Of a stretch of DNA of 64,000 bases, positions 1 to 8,143 are shown piece by piece. Where the stretch lies: the IMG/VR virus record IMGVR_UViG_3300035703_000005, positions 1 to 64,000 of that record. One strand, written 5' to 3'. The notes below the pieces were generated by a model, which made no database searches, had not been told where the DNA came from, and was given only the letters and a program-made list of their open reading frames with translations. Every line of letters starts with the position of its first letter. Positions within the stretch are counted from its first letter, which is position 1. The position numbers were made by a program, and so were the translations under genes.

Positions 1-118
1 CATATTTTTGTTTAATCTTTATATCTAATGCTACTTGTGCTTTATCCTTGGAAGTGGAAGCACACAGAACGTGATAACCCAAATCAACATTATCAACCAC
101 ACAATAGATTTTAATCAT
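1..118 (-). CDS. Hypothetical protein, runs off the window edge
   Basis: ATG at 118 overlaps the stop of 115..315; reads MIKIYCVVDNVDLGYHVLCASTSK with no stop before position 1. Confidence 0.5.
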   Translation of the reverse strand, partial: MIKIYCVVDNVDLGYHVLCASTSKDKAQVALDIKIKQKY

Positions 119-315
119 AATTCTTCATCATTTACTTTAAGCATCGTTTTTTCGGTGATAATGTCCTTTTCAAGTTCGTATGGTGATGCTACTTTGAGAT
201 AGGTTTGATACTGATACTCGTTGAGGTCTTTGGATGGAATGTATCCCTTATAAGACAGCATTTTTTGAATTGCCTTACGAGTTGGTTCTTCCCAATCCTC
301 TTTGAAGTTGAACAT
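115..315 (-). CDS. Hypothetical protein (66 aa)
   Basis: ORF track; abuts neighbours in a tightly packed minus-strand run. Confidence 0.65.
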   Translation of the reverse strand: MFNFKEDWEEPTRKAIQKMLSYKGYIPSKDLNEYQYQTYLKVASPYELEKDIITEKTMLKVNDEEL

Positions 316-575
316 CAGTCATCCCACCCATCAAAGTATTCTGTGAAAAATTCAAAAGCAAGAGATTGTTTGTCGTTGTTGAGTTCTACACCAAAAAAAG
401 AACTGGCAAGAAAAGAAAGTGTGACATGAAATCCACCAGAAGACCAATGATGAGCGGTAGGATTTTCATAATTCACCCACAGAAATGAATGATTTTTGAA
501 AACACCAAACTGCCAAGTATGAGATGTTTCGCCATTATCCCAAACTTTTTTATCGTATTGAAAGAGTTTAGTCAT
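315..575 (-). CDS. Hypothetical protein (probable start MTKLFQY at 575)
   Basis: ORF track 315..614; the ATG at 575 fits coupling to the upstream ORF. Confidence 0.6.
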   Translation of the reverse strand: MTKLFQYDKKVWDNGETSHTWQFGVFKNHSFLWVNYENPTAHHWSSGGFHVTLSFLASSFFGVELNNDKQSLAFEFFTEYFDGWDD

Positions 576-723
576 AATAATAATCACCAGTAGTATAAAG
601 AAGTAAAGAACCAAATGCCACCAGAAAAGAAATCAAATAATCATCACCAACAATTGAGTTTATTCCAGTAACAAAAAAGAAAAGTAGAGGTACTTGAAGT
701 AAATATTTGATTATGAGTTTCAT
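568..723 (-). CDS. Small hydrophobic protein (51 aa), not in ORF track
   Basis: Hand translation MKLIIKYLLQVPLLSFFVTGINSIVGDDYLISFLVAFGSLLLYTTGDYYYD; fills the gap and ATG overlaps the upstream stop. Confidence 0.55.
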   Translation of the reverse strand: MKLIIKYLLQVPLLFFFVTGINSIVGDDYLISFLVAFGSLLLYTTGDYYYD

Positions 724-1001
724 AGCAACTCCAATTTACATTGACCATTTACATCATAAACTACTTTGACTTGATAATCTACTGACATATCTGCTCTCCA
801 CATAGCATCTTTGAACTCTTGTGTTTCTTTTTCTGGGTATTTGGGAACAATTTTCATATTCTCATCATACTCATTACAATTTACATCACCAAGATAATGG
901 AGATTTAGATAACGACGGAGTTGTTGTCTTTGTTCGTGGTCAAGTCGAATTCTCACAAATGTGATGAATTCGTTTGATACTGGGAGTTCTTCGTTAGTCA
1001 T
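720..1001 (-). CDS. Hypothetical protein (probable start MTNEELP)
   Basis: ORF track 720..1079; ATGA overlap at 998-1001 supports this start. Confidence 0.65.
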   Translation of the reverse strand: MTNEELPVSNEFITFVRIRLDHEQRQQLRRYLNLHYLGDVNCNEYDENMKIVPKYPEKETQEFKDAMWRADMSVDYQVKVVYDVNGQCKLELL

Positions 1002-1258
1002 TCTACAATCAGGCAATAACGACATTGAAAGGCAAAAGTTTCTTTTTGCCAGATTTTCTTCACACCATTTTCTTCCCAAGAATACACAACTTCATACCAA
1101 GGATCTGTGCTTCCATAAGAATTGAGACCTTCAACGGTCACATAACCTTTAGAACCATCTGCCCGTGCCCAACGAGAACCAACTTGGATTTCGTGTGCTT
1201 TGAAGAAATGACGGACAACTGCTTTGCGTCCATCTATGATTTCAGTTTCGTAGTCCAT
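998..1258 (-). CDS. Hypothetical protein (starts MDYETEIIDGRK)
   Basis: ORF track 998..1294; TGATG coupling at 1256-1260. Confidence 0.7.
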   Translation of the reverse strand: MDYETEIIDGRKAVVRHFFKAHEIQVGSRWARADGSKGYVTVEGLNSYGSTDPWYEVVYSWEENGVKKIWQKETFAFQCRYCLIVE

Positions 1259-1431
1259 CAGTTCTGGTGTTGTTTGAGGTGAAGTTTGACACATTCCATA
1301 ACATCATCAAGAGTTAGAGCATTACCTTCATAGTAGTAATCCATATTCATTACATCTGTAACCTTGAGAGTGTAATAAACTCTATCATCAGGGGAATACT
1401 GGTGAATGTTGAGGTAAGTTTCGTAGTCCAT
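1258..1431 (-). CDS. Hypothetical protein (57 aa, starts MDYETYLNIH), not in ORF track
   Basis: Hand translation; first gene behind the TATAAT at 1454-1459. Confidence 0.7.
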   Translation of the reverse strand: MDYETYLNIHQYSPDDRVYYTLKVTDVMNMDYYYEGNALTLDDVMECVKLHLKQHQN

Positions 1432-1453
1432 CGGTTTGGTTGCTTATGAAGTC

Positions 1454-1507
1454 ATTATAGACCAAAAAGGGGTCTTATGGAGACCCCCTGTGCCAGTTCT
1501 TCAAGTG
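1454..1507 (-). promoter_or_regulatory. Early-promoter-like element: TATAAT, GC stem-loop and upstream CAGTT-N4-AAGTG motif
   Basis: TATAAT at 1459-1454; hairpin GGGGTCT/AGACCCC at 1469-1487; near-palindrome at 1494-1507. Confidence 0.6.
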
Positions 1508-1785
1508 TCCTTGTATTTCTCTTCTACTTCTTTCACCCGTTCCATAAAACTATCCTCACCATGATCACCTGAATACAGATAATCAATGTGCCTCATAATC
1601 TCTGCCATCTTACGCATCTTGGTAACCTGTTCTAGAAGATACTCACAAACTTCTGGTGGATATTCGTGAGAAAAACCATACTCATCCTTCTCAAAGTTGT
1701 TACGAACTTCTGCTTCAAGTTCATCAGCAAACTGTGAGACATTATAGTATTCGTATCCGCAATCGTTGAAGTGTCCGCCGCTCAT
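1501..1785 (-). CDS. Hypothetical protein (94 aa)
   Basis: ORF track; acidic, packed with neighbours. Confidence 0.7.
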   Translation of the reverse strand: MSGGHFNDCGYEYYNVSQFADELEAEVRNNFEKDEYGFSHEYPPEVCEYLLEQVTKMRKMAEIMRHIDYLYSGDHGEDSFMERVKEVEEKYKDT

Positions 1786-1967
1786 GAGTAATACTCCGAC
1801 TCATCAAATGTGAAGTATTCATGAATTGCAGACATCACTGCATCCTCAATAGCTTCTTTGATACTTTCTTCAGAAGGATTCTCTACATGTTTATGGGCAC
1901 GATACCATCCTCGTTTGACACCTTCCTCAACTGCAATATCAAGTATGTGATAGATTTTGGGTTTCAT
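1782..1967 (-). CDS. Hypothetical protein (61 aa)
   Basis: ORF track; ATGA overlap with the next gene. Confidence 0.7.
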   Translation of the reverse strand: MKPKIYHILDIAVEEGVKRGWYRAHKHVENPSEESIKEAIEDAVMSAIHEYFTFDESEYYS

Positions 1968-2001
1968 GAGATTTCTGTTCTGATGTGGCCATCATACCAC
2001 A

Positions 2002-2367
2002 TCAGGTTTCTTCTGTCTCGTCGGGTGTACCAGTTTCTGAAGTGTCCTCATCATCAATAAGTTCTTTAAGTCTATCCATAAAGTCCTCATCCATAGGTAT
2101 CAACTTCTCTTCACCTCTATCAATTCTATCACACATTTCCATCAGGTATTCTAGAAACTCTTTTGGATATGTTTCATCAAGATTGATAGAAGTCCAGAAC
2201 CACTGATAACATTCTTCATATGGGTCGTCGTTTTTCAGTAGGGCATAGTTCTCATAATTTCCAGTGATAAGGTCACGCCACATCTTGAAATTGTTCCACA
2301 TCTCTCTCCAACCAGTCTGGAAACAATGTCCGAAGTAGTATTCAAACCAATTCAGTTTCGTCTTCAT
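2002..2367 (-). CDS. Hypothetical protein (121 aa, Trp-rich)
   Basis: ORF track. Confidence 0.7.
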   Translation of the reverse strand: MKTKLNWFEYYFGHCFQTGWREMWNNFKMWRDLITGNYENYALLKNDDPYEECYQWFWTSINLDETYPKEFLEYLMEMCDRIDRGEEKLIPMDEDFMDRLKELIDDEDTSETGTPDETEET

Positions 2368-2638
2368 CTACTTTCTCCAAATGATCCCAGTTCCAAGTGC
2401 GGGAGAACAAATCAATATCAAACCCGAACTTATATGCCCAAAATAGAATACTCAATAATCCATTACTACCAGAAGTGATTTGAATATAGGGCCAAGATGG
2501 ATAATCATTCCAACTTACAGATGATTGAAAAAATGCCCAACGATCGGTAAAAAATAGTTGAATATACCATTCATGTCCAAAGTCTTCACGATAACGCCAT
2601 TTAGCAACTTGAAAAAATTTAATTGGTTTCATAATCAA
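2342..2638 (-). CDS. Hypothetical protein (98 aa, aromatic-rich)
   Basis: ORF track. Confidence 0.65.
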   Translation of the reverse strand: MIMKPIKFFQVAKWRYREDFGHEWYIQLFFTDRWAFFQSSVSWNDYPSWPYIQITSGSNGLLSILFWAYKFGFDIDLFSRTWNWDHLEKVDEDETELV

Positions 2639-3075
2639 TACCTATTACATCCGAACAAAGCACCACCGATTGCTGCACCCACAGGAACAGACCAATAATA
2701 ACCATTTCCGCGACTCATACTAGCAGCGATTCCTCCACCCAAAAGAGCACCCAACGAAGTTCTAGTAGGATTACAATATACACCACCATTATAATATCCA
2801 TTATAATATGCTCTCGGAGAAACGTAAGGTTGTTGATATTGTGTTTGTTGATAAGGTGTTGGACTTGCAGGTCCAGTAGCAACACCAGTTTGACAATTAG
2901 CTCTATATTCTTGAGTTACTACACTCCCCTGAATATATCTACCATAATTATCATAAAATCCTGGAGTATATATTTCTTTATATTTCTTGCAGGTCAAATA
3001 CTCGTTAACTTGTTGAGCTTGAACTGGCACTGAAAACAATGACGCTACCAGTGGAATCAGGAGCAGTTTTTTCAT
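2635..3075 (-). CDS. Secreted protein with C-terminal glycine-zipper two-helix segment
   Basis: Signal peptide MKKLLLIPLVASLFSVPVQA; C-terminal LGALLGGGIAA...VGAAIGGALFG. Confidence 0.65.
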   Translation of the reverse strand: MKKLLLIPLVASLFSVPVQAQQVNEYLTCKKYKEIYTPGFYDNYGRYIQGSVVTQEYRANCQTGVATGPASPTPYQQTQYQQPYVSPRAYYNGYYNGGVYCNPTRTSLGALLGGGIAASMSRGNGYYWSVPVGAAIGGALFGCNRY

Positions 3076-3129
3076 TGGTCTTGTAGATTTGATGCCACGA
3101 TAACAGGTATTTAGTTATTTGTCAAGGGC

Positions 3130-3417
3130 TTACCATTTAGCCATTGGGCACTCCGCGCTTTTAAACTTAATCTTATGTTCCATAAAACAACCACACATGT
3201 AGCATCTTTTACTTTCTTTATTAAATTGACTACATGAATTACATATGGACAATCTTTGATTTCTTTTTTGTTCCGAAACAAGAATAGAATTTCCTTCAGC
3301 AACATCTTGTCCAACAGATTTTGCAAATTCGGAAAAACCTTTCATTTGTTCCCAAAAATCTGGATAGTTTTTTTGATCAATAAACTCTGGAAAATTATTG
3401 TTATTCATAATTACCAT
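3130..3417 (-). CDS. Cys-rich small protein, DUF6171-like
   Basis: RLSICNSC...RCYMCGCFM..K.K...AECPMAKW pattern. Confidence 0.6.
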   Translation of the reverse strand: MVIMNNNNFPEFIDQKNYPDFWEQMKGFSEFAKSVGQDVAEGNSILVSEQKRNQRLSICNSCSQFNKESKRCYMCGCFMEHKIKFKSAECPMAKW

Positions 3418-3423
3418 AAAAGT

Positions 3424-3449
3424 AAAAAAGTCTGTCAGAATTGACAGAC
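3424..3449 (-). terminator. Rho-independent terminator
   Basis: Minus strand GTCTGTCA-ATTC-TGACAGAC followed by TTTTTT. Confidence 0.65.
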
Positions 3450-3469
3450 CCTCATTTTTTTAGTATAAT
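3441..3469 (+). promoter_or_regulatory. Perfect sigma70 consensus promoter facing antisense to the island
   Basis: TTGACA 3441-3446, 17-nt spacer, TATAAT 3464-3469. Confidence 0.65.
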
Positions 3470-3483
3470 AACTCTGTGGAGGT

Positions 3484-3687
3484 TTATAAGTTTTCTTGTG
3501 TCATTATTTGTAAAGCTTCTAAAGCCCCTTGAGCTCTAAAGAACTGTTCTTTTTTGAGATTGAATTGTTTTTCAATTTCCATCAATTCATCCCTGAGTTT
3601 TTCTAGTTGTTCGGTCAACTCAGCAGATAATTTTTGCATCTTTTCATCTTTAGTTTCAGTCATAAGAAATAAATCAGTGAATGACAA
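3484..3687 (-). CDS. Hypothetical coiled-coil protein
   Basis: ORF track; E/K/Q-rich heptads; start may be the ATG at 3663. Confidence 0.65.
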   Translation of the reverse strand: MSFTDLFLMTETKDEKMQKLSAELTEQLEKLRDELMEIEKQFNLKKEQFFRAQGALEALQIMTQENL

Positions 3688-3726
3688 TTACGATTTTATT
3701 TAGTAACTTAAATAGAGTCAATTTTT

Positions 3727-4554
3727 TTATTTCCAAAAAGGATTGATGTCATATGAAAAATACTCAAAATCATTTTCATATGTTTCTTGAACCCATTCAA
3801 TTAATTCATTATCGAATAATTTCTCATAATTACGCTCATAAAGTCCATAATTTATTTTTTCTTTTATTAAATTTGGAAGATTAAAATCATAAGAAAGTTG
3901 TTCCAAATCTGATTCCATTTTGTAAAATTTATCGCAAATAATCTCACCAGAATTATTTTTTAAATAATCTATTTGATTTATTTTATAATTCATAAATTTA
4001 CAATTATCCGTAATTAAATTTATACAATTGTTTTTTATGAATTCTTTTATGGATAGATCAAAATTAAAATATTTTTTTAATCCATATACTATATTTGTGT
4101 AGTATGAAATGAATCTGGTATATGGATTTCTTACAATAGAAAATACATGTTGATCATTATATATTGAATATTTTTCCCACACATTTAATGGAAAGTGTTT
4201 AATATTATGTGAGTGATTTATTGATATTTCTGATTTAGAAATAAAGTGTATATTATTATAATATTCACAATATTGTGGTTTTATTTGAATATTCTTTTGA
4301 TTAAAAGCAGTAGCTATTGATAAAAAAGATTCGAATTCATCATTCAAATCTTTTTTTGATATTTTTTTAAACTCGTTAAGTTTAGTATCATCTAAGTTAC
4401 CAAAAGGTGGTTCATTAGAATAATTTGAATAATTTGATTCCGAGTATGTATTGATTACATTTGATCTAAAATTAGTTCCAGATGTTTTTGGTATATGGAT
4501 AAACATCCATTTGTTGTTCAAAATTAACATAGTATTAAGCAAATGGTTCTCCAA
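3727..4554 (-). CDS. Sulfotransferase family 2 protein
   Basis: 5'-PSB-like FIHIPKTSGT and 3'-PB-like FSIVRNPYTRFISYY motifs. Confidence 0.8.
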   Translation of the reverse strand: MENHLLNTMLILNNKWMFIHIPKTSGTNFRSNVINTYSESNYSNYSNEPPFGNLDDTKLNEFKKISKKDLNDEFESFLSIATAFNQKNIQIKPQYCEYYNNIHFISKSEISINHSHNIKHFPLNVWEKYSIYNDQHVFSIVRNPYTRFISYYTNIVYGLKKYFNFDLSIKEFIKNNCINLITDNCKFMNYKINQIDYLKNNSGEIICDKFYKMESDLEQLSYDFNLPNLIKEKINYGLYERNYEKLFDNELIEWVQETYENDFEYFSYDINPFWK

Positions 4555-5098
4555 GTATCCAAGAAACCATAGAATATCTTACTCCCTTTTTTATTGGATT
4601 AACCTTATGATTTAAGTAACTTGGAAAAACGTGAACAGATCCTTGTTGTTGATTTAATTTAATCGGACTTAATGCGTCTCCATAAATCACAAATGCTCCT
4701 CCTTCATAATCTGATGGATCCGATAAGTCTAGAACAACGGTTAATTTTCGATAGAATGACTGAGAATTTCTATTTGGTGATGTATCGCAATGAACTTTAT
4801 AGAACATTCCTGGTTCATACTTTAAGAATTGAATATTTGACACTCCTTCAATTCTATATTGAAAATTTTCAAAATTAGCATCAAATCCATAATATTGAAA
4901 AATGGAAGTTATCCACTCAGATTTATCTAGTGTTAAAGTTTTGACATTTCTTATACTCAAATCCACTTCATAATTACTGATGATTCCATTTTCTAATGAA
5001 TCTGAATCATATTTTTTTATTATCTGTTCACAAATATCTTTTGGGATTGCTGAATTATATTCCCATAAAGTATGCTTTTTTTCAAAAATTTCTTTCAT
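4535..5098 (-). CDS. 2OG-Fe(II) dioxygenase, prolyl-4-hydroxylase-like
   Basis: HxD (HCD), RKLTVV, YEGG, H..NPIKKGVRYSMVSW. Confidence 0.9.
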   Translation of the reverse strand: MKEIFEKKHTLWEYNSAIPKDICEQIIKKYDSDSLENGIISNYEVDLSIRNVKTLTLDKSEWITSIFQYYGFDANFENFQYRIEGVSNIQFLKYEPGMFYKVHCDTSPNRNSQSFYRKLTVVLDLSDPSDYEGGAFVIYGDALSPIKLNQQQGSVHVFPSYLNHKVNPIKKGVRYSMVSWILGEPFA

Positions 5099-5108
5099 TT
5101 TAATTGTT

Positions 5109-5792
5109 TTATTTGTATATTTTCCAGTACTGTGGATCCAAATACCCCATTGATAATGAAAGTTCTTTTTCTTTTAGAACCAATGTTATGTCACCAACAA
5201 TAGCAAGTCGTTCTCCATCAAAATCTCCAAATATATTTTTTGTGCAGTGTCGAATAGAGCTTGGAAATAGTACAATGTGACCTTCTTCTGGAGTTATGTA
5301 AAACGTGTTAGCATTGTGATAGTTATAATCTTTAACTATCATTCTATCTCTTTCTTTATATTCAGTATTCATTCCTAAAAATAAATTGTTAGGTGCGTTA
5401 AAATTTAAGAATTGAATCGAATTTGAATTCTTTGGAACATTTATATAGTAAATAAAAGATATTTGACTCGTTGAATGTATATGCCATGGTATTTCTTGAG
5501 TCTTATTCCTAGATCTAGAAATCCAACTTTTAGTTATCGCAACATTAAAGATATCTCTAACTAGAAGAACTTCATGAATATAAGTTTTTGTATTAGAAAC
5601 TACTTCTTTAAATAAATTTTCTAAGTCTTGATCTAAATGAAGTAAAGGATTTCCAGAATTTTCACTTACTGTCGTATCTTCAAAATCATATTTTGAGTAC
5701 ACATTATAAAAATTTTTCTTATTGTTTTTGTGATCAGTCGATTTTCCTACATATACAGTTGTTGGAAAAATTGAAAAAAGGTCATAATTCAT
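5109..5792 (-). CDS. Putative 2OG-Fe(II) dioxygenase (TIGR02466-like)
   Basis: FPT N-terminus, WHIHSTSQISFIYY, PEEGHIVLFPSSIRH, RLAIVGD. Confidence 0.75.
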   Translation of the reverse strand: MNYDLFSIFPTTVYVGKSTDHKNNKKNFYNVYSKYDFEDTTVSENSGNPLLHLDQDLENLFKEVVSNTKTYIHEVLLVRDIFNVAITKSWISRSRNKTQEIPWHIHSTSQISFIYYINVPKNSNSIQFLNFNAPNNLFLGMNTEYKERDRMIVKDYNYHNANTFYITPEEGHIVLFPSSIRHCTKNIFGDFDGERLAIVGDITLVLKEKELSLSMGYLDPQYWKIYK

Positions 5793-6307
5793 ACAATTAA
5801 TTTAAATAATCCAACTTCGGAAGTTTCATTTAAGTTCAATTTATATTCTTCGCCTACTTTTAAACGAGCAAAGTTATACTTTTGAAATTCTTTATCGTTA
5901 ACAAACATTGATCCATTAAAACAAATAATAACAGATGTGAATTCACACTTAATAGAGGTTTGTTCAACATTAATTAATTCGGCATCCCATCTATCATTAT
6001 GATATTCTGAGTTGAACCCTATTATTTCCGTAGGCTCCTCAGATTCATACATTACTGCATCACACTCCATATATTTTTCAACGTTAATAATTGTTTTTGG
6101 AGTTAAAATTTGACAATTAGAAGGATCATTATTATCAAATAATTTTCCTTTACCGTATACTGCGTAATAATGTGAAGTTCTCCACCTTTGATTTTTATTT
6201 TCAAGTAAGGACAGAGGTTTTTCTGTAATATTAATACAGATTTTAAAATTTTGACCTCTCAAGTAATATGTTCTTAGTCCGTCTATGGGAGTAGTTCTTA
6301 ATGACAT
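5789..6307 (-). CDS. Hypothetical protein, possible cupin-like beta protein
   Basis: ORF track; beta-rich composition. Confidence 0.6.
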   Translation of the reverse strand: MSLRTTPIDGLRTYYLRGQNFKICINITEKPLSLLENKNQRWRTSHYYAVYGKGKLFDNNDPSNCQILTPKTIINVEKYMECDAVMYESEEPTEIIGFNSEYHNDRWDAELINVEQTSIKCEFTSVIICFNGSMFVNDKEFQKYNFARLKVGEEYKLNLNETSEVGLFKLIV

Positions 6308-6618
6308 TATAGTTCAATTTCGTAGTTAATTTCTTTTAAATATCTTTTTATGTATTGTATTTTATATACACTATTTGTCATTGAATCATATGAAATTAAA
6401 CTATCATCAAATTCATTTAAATTAACTATTTCCATTTCACTGCCATCATTATCTTCTTCCAAAGCCCGCATTGCAATTCTAAACAGGTTTTGGATGAATT
6501 CTTTTAGAGTATATGAATGATACTTACTAAAACACAAATTAATTTTATCATTAATACTAAACAGTATTAAATCATTTTCTAACTCAGTGTCAATAATTTT
6601 AATTGATACACTTTCCAT
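6307..6618 (-). CDS. Hypothetical protein (103 aa)
   Basis: ORF track. Confidence 0.6.
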   Translation of the reverse strand: MESVSIKIIDTELENDLILFSINDKINLCFSKYHSYTLKEFIQNLFRIAMRALEEDNDGSEMEIVNLNEFDDSLISYDSMTNSVYKIQYIKRYLKEINYEIEL

Positions 6619-6657
6619 TTAAAATTAAATTATGTAGTAGATAATAATATTTATTCA

Positions 6658-7140
6658 TTAAATTTCAACAGCGCAGGATTTTTTGACATCTAAAAATAAG
6701 AATTTCATTGGTTTGTCTGAATAATTGTATCCTTCGTGAAGATAATCCATGACCGCAAATATTTGCGGATCTCCTTCATTCCAATAAATTTTTTTACCCC
6801 TCCAAATCATATAACATTTCTTTTTATCTGGTATTTGGATAGGTATCTGAATTCTTTTATACGGTTCTCTATAAATGTTTGGATCTCTATGAGGTTTTAA
6901 TTCAGTTCCTTCATCAAAAGAAGCATACATTGAAAATAAAATGTCTTCATTTTGATATATTCTTAATACCTCTTCAGTCATTAATTTTTTTCTAATAGTT
7001 ACTCCATTACCCACACCCTTTAACCAACAATAATATATTTCTTTATTGGCATATCCTTCGGATGTTGGAGCTTTTTTTATCGGAAAATTATCTAAAACTG
7101 CCCATTTATATAAAACTTCTAAGTCTTTTTTTGTTATCAT
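6658..7140 (-). CDS. Aspartyl/asparaginyl beta-hydroxylase family protein
   Basis: LKPHRD, RIQIPIQIP, WNEG..IF....HEGYN, FLFLDV pattern. Confidence 0.75.
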   Translation of the reverse strand: MITKKDLEVLYKWAVLDNFPIKKAPTSEGYANKEIYYCWLKGVGNGVTIRKKLMTEEVLRIYQNEDILFSMYASFDEGTELKPHRDPNIYREPYKRIQIPIQIPDKKKCYMIWRGKKIYWNEGDPQIFAVMDYLHEGYNYSDKPMKFLFLDVKKSCAVEI

Positions 7141-7156
7141 ACAAATTTACTCAAAT

Positions 7157-8128
7157 TTAATAATTTGTTCCTCCAATATATGTTCCCGAATTGCTGATTG
7201 TTACACTTAGGAATGATATTGGTTTGAAAACTCCAAATCCATTTGTTCCTGCATTCCCACCGGTTCCATTAGCTAAATTACCTCCAGATCCATTTCCTCC
7301 AGATTGTGCATTTCCCGCTGGCGATCCTCCAGCCCCTCCAGTTCCTCCACTGTGACTACCTTGACCACATCTAGCACCAGCTCCACCAGCACCACCGGTA
7401 GATAAAGCTCCAGAACTTCCTGCAGCACCATTACAACCTCCACCTCCAGCTCCTGTCCCTGAAGCACCTCCGGCACCAGCTGGAAATCCAGCTCCTCCTC
7501 CACCACCGCCACCAGTGTTTACTGGATCAGCTGGGTTTTTATTTGGATCTGCGTATGATCCTCCGCCGCCACCGCCACCACCAAATCCACATTGAATTGT
7601 TCCACTATTTTCGATAGTAGAGGGATACCTAACAGTCATCGCAGGAGAACCAGGAGATCCCGGAGATCCACCACCACTTCCAGCACTACCCGCTCCACCA
7701 GCACCTCCGACTCCATATATGGAACCTGATGATGTAATTAGGTATCTTAATGATAGGGTATTTGAATCCCAAGTACCGGAATCAAAAGACCCTAATTGTT
7801 TTCTGATTAGGTGAATTACTTTTTTAGTTTGAGAAGAATTTGGAATTCCTCTAAATCCTCCAACTACTGTACCACTGGATGTGTATCTATTTTGGGAATT
7901 TATGTTAGTCTCTGCAGCCCCAGAATAATCTACAACAACATTTACAGTTTTTCCTCGCAATTGACTAAAACTTATAGAACCAGTTGTGGGAACTCCATTA
8001 TCTAAAGGCCAAGATCTATCTCCTATAGTTTGATTTACACGAAAAGAACCAAAATTATTTCCAGAAGGTGATCCGAATTCGGCAGTTATTTGGGAAAAAC
8101 TAATACTACCTGTTGATGGAGTAGTCAT
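7157..8128 (-). CDS. Glycine-rich tail-fibre tip adhesin, gp38-like
   Basis: N-terminal GSISFSQI twice; long GGGGG/GAGG runs; directly downstream of the S74-capped fibre gene. Confidence 0.65.
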   Translation of the reverse strand: MTTPSTGSISFSQITAEFGSPSGNNFGSFRVNQTIGDRSWPLDNGVPTTGSISFSQLRGKTVNVVVDYSGAAETNINSQNRYTSSGTVVGGFRGIPNSSQTKKVIHLIRKQLGSFDSGTWDSNTLSLRYLITSSGSIYGVGGAGGAGSAGSGGGSPGSPGSPAMTVRYPSTIENSGTIQCGFGGGGGGGGSYADPNKNPADPVNTGGGGGGGAGFPAGAGGASGTGAGGGGCNGAAGSSGALSTGGAGGAGARCGQGSHSGGTGGAGGSPAGNAQSGGNGSGGNLANGTGGNAGTNGFGVFKPISFLSVTISNSGTYIGGTNY

Positions 8129-8143
8129 TTTTGATACCTCCGA

